From positions 30,854-94,853 of the forward strand of contig PIVX01000005.1 in the NCBI GenBank assembly GCA_003353785.1: a stretch of 64,000 nt of DNA. Direction: 5' to 3'. The notes under the pieces are model-generated. The model saw nothing but the letters and a program-made list of their open reading frames with translations. It was not told the origin of the DNA and ran no database searches. This DNA comes from Gammaproteobacteria bacterium. Its GTDB lineage: Bacteria > Pseudomonadota > Gammaproteobacteria > PIVX01. This document shows positions 41,663 to 50,493 of the stretch, piece after piece; the stretch's first letter is position 1, and the number at the start of each line of letters is the position of its first letter. Made by a program: the position numbers and the translations under genes.

Positions 41663-42364
41663 ATGCAATTTACTAGTAAGCTTTTAGAGGGTAAATTAAT
41701 TAAGCGTTATAAAAGATTTTTAGTAGATGTTAAATTAATTGATGGCTCTATCATCACAGCATATTGTCCAAATACGGGTTCAATGTTGGGGTGTGATACC
41801 CCTGGTAGCTTAGTATGGCTTTCAAGCTCTGATAATTCTGCAAGAAAATATCAATATACTCTGGAAATTGTAAAAATTAAGCAGAATTATATAGGAGTAA
41901 ATACGGCAAGACCTAATCAATTAGTAGAAGATGCCATAGAAGCTGGTAGTATAGAATCTTTAGAAGGAGCTAATAGTTTACGTAGGGAAGTTAAGTATGG
42001 TGTGGAAAATAGCAGAATAGATATTCTGCTAGAATATGACAATACTAATTGCTACGTAGAGGTAAAAAATGTTACTTTGGTAGAAGGAGATATAGCTTTT
42101 TTCCCTGATGCTGTGACTGTTCGAGGTCAAAAGCATTTAAGAGAATTAATCCAAGTTGTTGATTCAGGAGAAAGAGGGGTTATTTTCTTTTGTGTTCAGC
42201 ATACAGGAGCTAAATCTGTTAGGCCGGCTGATCATATTGATAAGCATTATGGTGAATTATTACGACAATCTGCAGCAAAAGGGGTTGAAATTTTAGCTTA
42301 TCAGGCTGATATTAGTTGCGAACACATCTTGCTTAATAAGAGGCTCCCAGTATCTTTAGACTAA
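41663..42364 (+). CDS. sfsA: DNA/RNA nuclease SfsA
   Basis: RYKRFL, CPNTGSM, SRIDILL, YVEVK, FPDAVTVRGQKHL. Confidence 0.95.
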   Translation: MQFTSKLLEGKLIKRYKRFLVDVKLIDGSIITAYCPNTGSMLGCDTPGSLVWLSSSDNSARKYQYTLEIVKIKQNYIGVNTARPNQLVEDAIEAGSIESLEGANSLRREVKYGVENSRIDILLEYDNTNCYVEVKNVTLVEGDIAFFPDAVTVRGQKHLRELIQVVDSGERGVIFFCVQHTGAKSVRPADHIDKHYGELLRQSAAKGVEILAYQADISCEHILLNKRLPVSLD

Positions 42365-42377
42365 ATATTGTATTTTC

Positions 42378-42386
42378 TGGTATAAT
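42378..42386 (+). promoter_or_regulatory. Extended -10 promoter (TGgTATAAT)
   Basis: Exact TGnTATAAT upstream of the structured leader and erpA. Confidence 0.5.
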
Positions 42387-42392
42387 TTTACT

Positions 42393-42610
42393 ATGATTTA
42401 TTAGAGTGGAGCTGGATTATCAACCGTGTGGTAAATTATTGCACTGATGGTCGGAGATAAAGGCCTATATTTGATAATCATGGAATTCTACATAGTTGCC
42501 CAGAACTTTGCGCCTTAGGGATGTATAGTCCGCACAGTGGTAGTATTAGCACTATAGTGAAATAGAAATCCATAAAGACCGTGAGGACTTTTTAAGAGTC
42601 TCCTTTCTTT
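42393..42610 (+). ncRNA. Candidate structured RNA or leader upstream of erpA (family unassigned)
   Basis: GC-richer non-coding tract with GATTATCAA/TTGATAATC pairing, inner hairpins and a terminal hairpin followed by a T-rich tail. Confidence 0.5.
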
Positions 42611-42625
42611 TAGCAAGTTGAGGAT

Positions 42626-43003
42626 GTGAATATGAATAATATACAAGAGCAGTCTTTGGTTGGCTTTACTCAGAATGCTGCTAATAAGGTTTTGGAATTA
42701 ACTCAAGAAGAACAACAAGCAGAGCTCAACTTACGGGTGGCTATCTCAGGAGGTGGGTGTTCTGGTTTTCAATATGGATTCGAATTTGATGATAAAATAA
42801 ATCAAGATGATCATATTGTTGAAACTCAAGCTTATGTGGGAGATAAAGGAACTTTGGTGAGGTTAGTAATTGATCCAATAAGTTTACAATATCTTGAAGG
42901 TGCAGAAGTTGATTACCAGAAAGATTTCCAAGGCGAGCAATTTGTTGTGCGTAACCCTAATGCAAATACTACATGTGGGTGTGGTAATTCATTTAATATT
43001 TAA
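42626..43003 (+). CDS. erpA: Fe-S cluster insertion protein (A-type carrier)
   Basis: [37 protein letters not shown]. Confidence 0.93.
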   Translation: MNMNNIQEQSLVGFTQNAANKVLELTQEEQQAELNLRVAISGGGCSGFQYGFEFDDKINQDDHIVETQAYVGDKGTLVRLVIDPISLQYLEGAEVDYQKDFQGEQFVVRNPNANTTCGCGNSFNI

Positions 43004-43137
43004 AATAATCTAGCGATATTTTTGTGCTTTCTATATGTATTTTGAGATTTTTCTTAAAGCTAATAGTCTAAGATAAAAATTCTTTATATAAGAAGAACTG
43101 GTTAAGAAAATTCTGTCAAAATTGAATCGTCACCCTG

Positions 43138-43178
43138 CTATAGCAATTCTATTCTAGAGTTTTTGGATATTTTGTATT
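43138..43178 (+). repeat. 41-bp direct repeat, copy 1
   Basis: ctatagcaattctattctagagtttttggatattttgtatt, 39/41 identical to 43815-43855. It lies between GAATC (43124) and GAGGATGTCAA (ends 43195), a typical IS200/IS605 right-end frame. Confidence 0.8.
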
Positions 43179-43201
43179 GTTAGTGAGGATGTCAAAGTGA
43201 T

Positions 43202-43654
43202 TTATACAAAGCTCCTTAAAAACATAAATGCTTGTTTGATAACATTACTAGATTTTTTTTGTCTAGATTCTTTTTGTCTTTCTTTCTTTTCATTATATAG
43301 AAGTTCCCCTAATATATAATCATCGGCTTTTTTTTGGTATTTATCGCGTTCTTTATAAGGAATATAATGTGGTGATTGTGAATAATATTGATACCTTGCT
43401 ATTGCTTCTAATAAGCTATAGGTCTTTCCATTATATTTAGCTTGCGCAATATTTTTAAGATCTGAATTCTCGACATCTCTTACATCTAGGTCTTTTTCAG
43501 CAATAAGGGTAACTCTTAATAGTCTAAGATCATTATATGAATAAAATTCCATAACATAGTATCTGTTTTTATCATGTGTTTTGCTAAAAGCAGAACCTAT
43601 CCAAATAAAACAAAAGACTAGTAATAGTGGATTTATAAATTTAGTTGTCATCAT
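43202..43654 (-). CDS. Hypothetical secreted protein
   Basis: Signal peptide (..LLLVFCFIWIGSAFS). No recognised domain. Confidence 0.6.
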   Translation of the reverse strand: MMTTKFINPLLLVFCFIWIGSAFSKTHDKNRYYVMEFYSYNDLRLLRVTLIAEKDLDVRDVENSDLKNIAQAKYNGKTYSLLEAIARYQYYSQSPHYIPYKERDKYQKKADDYILGELLYNEKKERQKESRQKKSSNVIKQAFMFLRSFV

Positions 43655-43758
43655 TAAAATTCCATGTAACTAATTTAACATATAGTTAGAATAGTATATA
43701 TTGCAGATTTCAATGTATGTATATTTGTTTAAATTTATGTAAGTTTTTCTATATTTAG

Positions 43759-43803
43759 CAACAGCTCCGTAAACTATTGTCATTAATGATGGCGAGCAGT
43801 TAC
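43759..43803 (+). mobile_element. Miniature IS605-derived palindromic element (PATE-like)
   Basis: TTAG|CAACAGCTCCGTAAACTAT...GAGCAGTTAC. The 5' half matches the left end at 32900 (TAG|CAACAACGCCGTAAACTAT) and the 3' half resembles an IS605 right end. Confidence 0.55.
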
Positions 43804-43814
43804 TCCGCATTCTA

Positions 43815-43855
43815 CTATAGCAATTCTATTCTAGAGTGTTTAGATATTTTGTATT
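43815..43855 (+). repeat. 41-bp direct repeat, copy 2
   Basis: ctatagcaattctattctagagtgtttagatattttgtatt, also followed by ATGTCAA (43871-43877). Confidence 0.8.
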
Positions 43856-43879
43856 ACTAAATTATGAAATATGTCAAAT

Positions 43880-44830
43880 AACCCCTGCCATCCTATTAGG
43901 CTTACTTCATAGCTCATCTAGCCTAAGAGTTTTCAACTCCATATTTAATCCATATTCATAATTTATTTCCTATCTGTTAGTAGAATTTGATGTATCAATA
44001 ACTATCGGAAAATTAAAAAAAATATCCATGCACTTTATAAAAATACTACCATAAATAACAAGTACTATGCCTATCATCATAGTTTGCTTAATCAAAAGTA
44101 GATAATAGAAGATATGTAGATAGGCTTTTAAGGGATTATGTCCTAAAGAAATTAAAACAGAGTTGGTTGCCCAAGTAAATAGAAGGGAGATTAAAATTAT
44201 AAAATGCTATGGGTAATATTGTAACGCATAAAACTAGCTATCAAATATATGCAAATAGGATATAGATTTAGTAAATATCTACGTAGAAAAAGAATAAATA
44301 GAATACCTCAAAATAGTAGGCATCATCGTACTATTCCAAAATATATGCTAATTAGCAATGGACTTACTGAAATATAAACTAGAGAATCATTTAGCTACTG
44401 AGGATATTATTTGATGATATTTAATAAAAATACTAAATGTAATTTAATAACTTTACGAGCAAGAAAGCCTAGCTTTTATAATTAGAAGATTAAAACAATT
44501 TAGCAAATATGTTAAATCGATAACATTTGATCAGGGAAGTGAATTTTTTAGATATGATTTGTTAAAGAAAATATTAAGCACAGCAATATGTTTTTGCAAT
44601 CTTCATTCACCCCATCAGAAAGGTGGATTGAGAATGCAAATGGTGTTATCGAAGTTCATTTTTCAAGGAGTATAAATATAGGGTTAGTAAGTCAGAACAA
44701 GATAGTGGCATTAATAATAAATATAAATAACAGACCGATGAAGTGTCATCACCACCTTACATCACCATAAATATTTAAGAAAGAAATAGGTTATAAAATA
44801 ATAAATTAACACAATCATACTTGAAATAAA
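43880..44830 (+). pseudogene. IS30-family transposase, heavily decayed
   Basis: Fragments LKQSWLPK*IEGRLK, VTHKTSYQIY, VKSITFDQGSEF, FCNLHSPHQKG, ENANGVI and INNRPMKC across frames. Boundaries are approximate. Confidence 0.8.
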
Positions 44831-44885
44831 TTGTTATAAGTGTTTTAATCTTGCACTAATTAAACTTATAAAGAGGAGAAAAATA

Positions 44886-45341
44886 ATGTTAAAAAAAATC
44901 TTTATTACAACTTGTGCTTTGATTGCATTAATGCAATCAAGCTTTGCTGGCCTTATTACATATGTGGTAAATGAGACTGAAAGAAACATTGAATTCAGCA
45001 CAAGTATATTTCATTCATGTGGTGGTGGAAATTTTGATGCGGCAATCAAAAAAAGAACAAGGATTGATTTAAGAGTAGAGTATATGCTTCAAAATCCTAA
45101 GGTTAATAAACCATCTGTTGCAAGAGCTCCATGGAAAGCGATAATAGATGGAAAAACTTATCTTGTAAATTGGGTTGGAGATAATATTGAAAATAGTGTA
45201 AATGGACAATATTTTGGTTCATCTAACTCAAAAGGTAAAGGATATACAGGAGTATTTAAAAACATTCAAGAAAATGAGGATAATGATAATAATTGGTTTG
45301 CTGGCATAATAGATATGGAGTTTACACCAAATTCATATTAA
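44886..45341 (+). CDS. Hypothetical secreted beta-rich protein
   Basis: GAGGAG RBS, signal peptide MLKKIFITTCALIALMQSSFA, and its own terminator. Confidence 0.7.
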   Translation: MLKKIFITTCALIALMQSSFAGLITYVVNETERNIEFSTSIFHSCGGGNFDAAIKKRTRIDLRVEYMLQNPKVNKPSVARAPWKAIIDGKTYLVNWVGDNIENSVNGQYFGSSNSKGKGYTGVFKNIQENEDNDNNWFAGIIDMEFTPNSY

Positions 45342-45356
45342 GCTAAAAGCTTGAGG

Positions 45357-45398
45357 AGCTGTGTATCTATTAATTAATTAATAGATACACAGCTTTTT
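45357..45398 (+). terminator. Perfect 38-bp palindrome with U-tract
   Basis: AGCTGTGTATCTATTAATT|AATTAATAGATACACAGCT (45357-45394) followed by TTTT. Confidence 0.8.
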
Positions 45399-45476
45399 AT
45401 TTATGAAAGATATTCAAAATTTTAATTTCATAATTTCTCAAAAATTTACTGGATTTATCCGCAAGTGCGGAGTATA

Positions 45477-45518
45477 TAAAACCTAAAACCTAAAACCTAA
45501 AACCTAAAACCTAAAATC
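45477..45518. repeat. Heptamer microsatellite (TAAAACC)5 + TAAAATC
   Basis: Read directly from the sequence. Preceded by a small GC hairpin TCCGC-aagt-GCGGA. Confidence 0.9.
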
Positions 45519-45689
45519 AAAAAACCAGCAAACAAACTATTGTATTTGCACTTAGATCCTGCACATTTCTTAGAAGTCTGTTGAACACAATGTAGTTTAA
45601 ATATACATCATTCTAGAATATAGTATTTATTGAACTAATACTTGGACTTAACTTTGAAGGCACTATCAGCTGGACTATTATCAATATCG

Positions 45690-46022
45690 TTAACAATTTC
45701 CTGGACACCAATAAGCAATTCCTATGATCTGGTTCGTTTTGTTACTTGGCCGTAACCATACATAATTTGCTCCCCTTGTTATGGCCTTGTCCTTTAATAA
45801 ACGATGGCCATTTTTGCATCTACTACAATTTGTTGTCCATGTCCTTGAAGATGGCTTATCTGTTGGTGCAGATATTTTACCAATTCTAGTACATTCTGAT
45901 CCTGGTTGTTTGCAGGAGATAATAATATCTTTTTTAATTATGCGAGGGTTTTGATTCTGACATCCAGTTAATAATAACAGTATGATTCCTGTAATTAAGA
46001 TAATGAACCTACTAGTACGCAT
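45690..46022 (-). CDS. Small lipoprotein (DUF4156-like)
   Basis: Probable start MRTSRFIILITGIILLLLTG-C (lipobox). 'LKDKAITRGANYV' and a terminal AYWC. Confidence 0.65.
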   Translation of the reverse strand: MRTSRFIILITGIILLLLTGCQNQNPRIIKKDIIISCKQPGSECTRIGKISAPTDKPSSRTWTTNCSRCKNGHRLLKDKAITRGANYVWLRPSNKTNQIIGIAYWCPGNC

Positions 46023-46186
46023 AAACAATTTCCTGCTAATTCTCAATAGAAGTATAGTAAATAACTTATTTTTAACAACACGAATACGATAACCTAACTT
46101 ATCATAATCCAATATTAGTGCATTTTGGTTGTTAAGTTGTTATGATCATCTATGGTATATGCTGAAAAAATTAGTACTATAAGCTG

Positions 46187-47215
46187 ATGAGTATTTTCGA
46201 CAACAGGCAAAAGATATTAATTGTTGGTCCTGCTTGGCTTGGGGATATGATTATGGCACAGAGTTTATTTAAGGAACTTCATAAGATTTATAATTCACCT
46301 ATTATTGATGTTTTAGCTCCTGACTGGTGTAGTAATATTTTAGCTAGAATGCCAGAAGTTAGAAAAACTATTACTATGACGGTTGGTCATGGCAGTCTTA
46401 ATATAAGGGAACGATACTCCATCGGGAAAAAATTGAGGGCTGAAAATTATCTTGAGGCGATTATTTTGCCTAATTCGCTAAAATCTGCATTGATCCCATT
46501 TTTTGCTAATATTAAAATACGTACAGGATGGCTTGGAGAAATGCGTTACGGGTTATTAAATAATTATACTAAACTTCAAAAAAAACAGTATCCTAGAATG
46601 GTTGAAAGGTTTGTTGCTCTTGCCTATTCTTTTAAAGATCACCAAAGCCTAAATAGGATATTTTATCCAGAATTGGTAATATCAAGTGATAATATTAAAA
46701 GTCTCAAAGAAAAATACCAGTTGAAATTTAACAAGCCTGTAGTAGCGATGTGTCCAGGAGCAGCGTTTGGATCGGCTAAGCGTTGGCCAAAAGAATATTA
46801 TGCTGATGTTGCTAATCAATTGAAATCAACTTGGCAGATTTGGTTATTTGGTTCTAAGGAAGATTATGCTATTACTAGCTTTATTCAAAATTCTACTAAA
46901 GGGAGGTGTTTAAATTTTGCTGGCGACACTACTCTAGAAGATGCTATTGATCTTATTTCATTGTCTAATATTGTATTAAGTAATGATTCAGGATTAATGC
47001 ATGTTTCTGCGGCATTGAATAAGCCGCTGATTGCTTTTTATGGCCCGACACCAGAAAATTTTGCTCCTCCGCTTGCTAAAAATACTGTTTCTTTATATAC
47101 AGATATTGAATGTAGACCTTGTCGAGCTAGAGAATGTCCTTTAAAGCATCATTTATGTATGTTGGAAATATTACCTAGTAATGTTATTGATCATATAAGA
47201 GAGTTAGTACCATGA
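46187..47215 (+). CDS. waaF: LPS heptosyltransferase II
   Basis: GPAWLGDMIMAQSL, LPNSLKSALIPF, GWLGEMRYG, CPGAAFGSAKRWP, NDSGLMH. Confidence 0.95.
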   Translation: MSIFDNRQKILIVGPAWLGDMIMAQSLFKELHKIYNSPIIDVLAPDWCSNILARMPEVRKTITMTVGHGSLNIRERYSIGKKLRAENYLEAIILPNSLKSALIPFFANIKIRTGWLGEMRYGLLNNYTKLQKKQYPRMVERFVALAYSFKDHQSLNRIFYPELVISSDNIKSLKEKYQLKFNKPVVAMCPGAAFGSAKRWPKEYYADVANQLKSTWQIWLFGSKEDYAITSFIQNSTKGRCLNFAGDTTLEDAIDLISLSNIVLSNDSGLMHVSAALNKPLIAFYGPTPENFAPPLAKNTVSLYTDIECRPCRARECPLKHHLCMLEILPSNVIDHIRELVP

Positions 47216-48174
47216 AAAAGATATTAGTGATTAAAGTTTCTTCCATGGGGGATATTGTACATGCTTTTCCAGCATTGTATGATGCTAAAAAAAAAATGTC
47301 AGATTTAGAATGTCATTGGGTTGTGGAAGAAAGTTTTCAAGACATAACTAGACTAAATAAGGATATTGATCTGTGTATCAAAGTAGCTATGCGTAGATGG
47401 AAGAACAATATAGTAGATAACTATAGAAAAGGGGAATATGGAGACTTTCTAAGAAGATTAAAAAAAGAAAATTACGATTATATTATTGATCCTCAAGGAT
47501 TATTAAAAAGTTCAATTTTAGCTCTTATTGCCAAAGGGCCATCCTATGGTTTTGATATGAAATCTATTCGTGAACCTTTAGCCTCAGTCTTTTATAATAA
47601 TAAAATAAAAGTATCTAAATCATTACATGCTATAACTCGAATAAGAAAATTATTTGCCCATGCTCTTAACTACGAACTACCAGATGATGAACCATGTTAT
47701 AATTTAACAACAGAACAATTAAAGCTTAATTTTATTGTGCCTAGTGAATATGTAATTTTTTTGCATGGAACAAGCCGTAGTAATAAATGTTGGGATGAAA
47801 AAAAATGGGTTGAGTTATCGAATATATTTGCTAAAGATAATATTCCTGTTTTGATTTTTTATAGTAATTTAGAAGAATATCAACGAACTAGTCGGATTGT
47901 CAGTAGATCTAGTAATATGACTTGTGTGCCAAAATGCTCATTATGGGAAATAGCTTGTTTGATCAGAAACGCTAACGGTTTGGTTGGACTAGATACAGGA
48001 CTAACCCATCTAGCAGCTGCTTATGATATGCCTATGGTTTCATTATACGGCCCAACAAATATAGAATTAATAGGAACATTAGGTAATAATCAGTTACATA
48101 AAGATTTATATACAGTAACTCCAGATGAAGTATATATTACACTTAATTCTTTAATGAACAATAAGTCTGACTAG
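47212..48174 (+). CDS. waaC: LPS heptosyltransferase I
   Basis: KVSSMGDIVH, WVVEESF, DPQGLLKS, REPLAS, DTGLTHLA, LYGPT. Confidence 0.93.
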   Translation: MKKILVIKVSSMGDIVHAFPALYDAKKKMSDLECHWVVEESFQDITRLNKDIDLCIKVAMRRWKNNIVDNYRKGEYGDFLRRLKKENYDYIIDPQGLLKSSILALIAKGPSYGFDMKSIREPLASVFYNNKIKVSKSLHAITRIRKLFAHALNYELPDDEPCYNLTTEQLKLNFIVPSEYVIFLHGTSRSNKCWDEKKWVELSNIFAKDNIPVLIFYSNLEEYQRTSRIVSRSSNMTCVPKCSLWEIACLIRNANGLVGLDTGLTHLAAAYDMPMVSLYGPTNIELIGTLGNNQLHKDLYTVTPDEVYITLNSLMNNKSD

Positions 48175-48857
48175 CGCTGTTTTTTTAATATTTTATCATA
48201 AACATTAGTACCACCATCTGGAGTATTTTTGAATTTTTTATATTGCCATAAATACTGTTCTGGATTAGCACGGATAATCTTTTCATAAACCTTATTAATT
48301 TGTTTGGTATCATCTTCAAGGGATTGGCTTGGAAAGTTAGCAAATTTTGGCTGGAAATTGAGTTAATACCCTTTATTCTACAGCAGGATACAGGGATCAC
48401 TACAGCATTAGCTAATTTTGCTAATTTAGATGTGGAAGTAGAGGTAGCAGCATTTACTCCAAAAAAAGGTACAAATATACTCTGTTTTCTTCTTTGACCA
48501 TGCTCAGGAGCAAACCATAATATTTCTTTAATTAGGATACTTGATGATTTTTGATATACCAGATTAAAGGGATAAATTAAATTGAACATTCTACCAATAA
48601 ACCTATTCCAAAAGAGATAAAACTTTCTCGTGCTAGAGCATGACGTTGTTGTTTTGGCATTGAAGCAAAAATAGATCAAGATTTATTTCAGTTGTTAATC
48701 TTCTCTTCTTAAAAAAAGTGTATGTAAATGGACCAATAAATTTCCCTATGGTAAGTATATATTTATATGGGAGAAACATGATTGGTTTGAGTAACCACAG
48801 TATTATCTTGCATAAACCAAGTTTACATTTAGTAATTACTGTATATTTATTTTACAT
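48171..48857 (-). pseudogene. lpxL: Lipid A late acyltransferase (LpxL/HtrB family) pseudogene
   Basis: ATG followed at once by TAA. N-terminal 'LWLLKPIMFLPYKYILTIGKFIG...KKRR...INLDL', then 'FVPFFGVNAAT', then 'PEQYLWQYKKFK' in different frames. About 690 bp, shorter than a normal gene. Confidence 0.8.
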
Positions 48858-48939
48858 AGTTAATAACTATCTTGATAGGATAGATCATTATAAGCAAACT
48901 ATAGTATTATTATCAATGCGTATATTTGAAGGTGTGGGT

Positions 48940-50361
48940 ATGATCGAAGATATTAAAAAGCTATATAAATCAAGAGTGTTAGTAGTTGGTGATGTAATGT
49001 TGGATCGATATTGGCATGGTGATGCAAATAGAATTTCTCCTGAAGCACCTGTTCCAGTGATCAAGCTAAATAAACAAAAAGAGTTTCCAGGAGGTGCTGG
49101 GAATGTTGTGCTAAATATTGCTTCTCTTGGTGCGAGTGTTCATCTTATTGGTGCTATTGGTACTGATCATGAAGGTGATATTTTAAAGGGTTTGTTAACT
49201 GGTCCAGGAATTATTTCTGATATGATCCAAAATGATGATGTTCAAACAACAACTAAATTGAGAGTTATCAGTCAACAACAGCAATTGCTAAGATTAGATC
49301 TTGAAGAACGAGTGAATACTATACAAGGGGATGTTTTATTAAAGAAATGCAAAAAGCATATTGATAATATAGATGTGATTATTTTATCTGATTATGCTAA
49401 GGGAGTATTAGTTGAGCCAGAAGATTTGATTAACGAAGCAAGAAGCAGGAAAATTCCGGTTTTAGTTGATCCTAAAGGTAATAATTTTTCTAAATATAAA
49501 GGTGCAAATATTTTAACTCCTAATAGGAAAGAGTTTGAGGATGTTGTTGGGAAATGGGACTCTCTAACTGAACTTATTAGTAAAGCAGCTCCATTAATTA
49601 AAGAATTAGAGTTTGATGCATTAGTTGTTACTTTAGGTGCTGATGGCATGATAATGATAAACAAAGATGGTAATGTTGTGCAGATCCCTGCACATACAGA
49701 AGAAGTTTTTGATGTAACTGGAGCTGGTGATACAGTAATAGCTTTATTAGGGTGTGCAATTGGACAAAATATTCAGTTGGATCGGGCAATGCATATTGCT
49801 AATCTTGGAGCTAGTTTAGTCGTCAAAAAATTAGGAGCAAGCTCTGTTGCAATTTCTGAGTTGGTTGACTCTGAAAAAAACCATAGTCATACGGGAGTTA
49901 TATCTGTCGAAGAGTTGCAGCATCTAGTTAGAGATGCAAAAAACCGTGGACAAAAAATAGTAATGACTAATGGATGTTTTGATATCGTTCATGCTGGCCA
50001 TGTATCTTATTTAAAAAAGGCTAAAAATTTAGGAGATAAGTTGATTGTTGCTATTAATGAAGATGATTCTGTAAAAAAATTGAAGGGTAAGAATAGGCCA
50101 ATTCATACACTAAAGCACCGCCAGGAAGTTATTGCTGAGCTACAATCTGTTAATTGGGTGGTATCTTTTAGTGAAGATACCCCTCAAAATTTAATTGATA
50201 AAATAATTCCTGATATTTTGGTGAAAGGTGGTGATTATAGCATTGATAATATTGTAGGAGCAGACACAGTTATAGCTAATGGAGGTACAGTAGAAGTTCT
50301 AGATTTTGAGGATGGATTATCTACTACTAGTATCCTAGAAAATTTGTCATCTGTTCCATAA
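48940..50361 (+). CDS. hldE: Bifunctional heptose-7-phosphate kinase / heptose-1-phosphate adenylyltransferase
   Basis: GDVMLDRYW, RISPEAPVP, DVTGAGDT, TNGCFDIVHAGH, LVKGGDY. The start is reassigned to ATG 48940 because the track extension overlaps the lpxL remnant. Confidence 0.95.
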   Translation: MIEDIKKLYKSRVLVVGDVMLDRYWHGDANRISPEAPVPVIKLNKQKEFPGGAGNVVLNIASLGASVHLIGAIGTDHEGDILKGLLTGPGIISDMIQNDDVQTTTKLRVISQQQQLLRLDLEERVNTIQGDVLLKKCKKHIDNIDVIILSDYAKGVLVEPEDLINEARSRKIPVLVDPKGNNFSKYKGANILTPNRKEFEDVVGKWDSLTELISKAAPLIKELEFDALVVTLGADGMIMINKDGNVVQIPAHTEEVFDVTGAGDTVIALLGCAIGQNIQLDRAMHIANLGASLVVKKLGASSVAISELVDSEKNHSHTGVISVEELQHLVRDAKNRGQKIVMTNGCFDIVHAGHVSYLKKAKNLGDKLIVAINEDDSVKKLKGKNRPIHTLKHRQEVIAELQSVNWVVSFSEDTPQNLIDKIIPDILVKGGDYSIDNIVGADTVIANGGTVEVLDFEDGLSTTSILENLSSVP

Positions 50362-50493
50362 AATACCGTGCTGCTGGGGGTGGGGGTATTAGGTGTATTT
50401 TGAGAGCTAATATATTCTTTGATACTCTCTAAAACTACTACGTCGAATGGAATAACTAGAAGAGCACAAGCAATTGCAGAGTTTGGTTTAGAG

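Noticed and set aside
43138-43855. CRISPR array or integron attC interpretation of the 41-bp repeats
   Set aside because: Only two copies, 677 bp apart, with no cas or intI gene and no attC RYYYAAC/GTTRRRY structure.
48718-48939. 74-aa N-terminal extension of hldE
   Set aside because: It is antisense to the lpxL pseudogene 5' end, and HldE similarity starts at ATG 48940.
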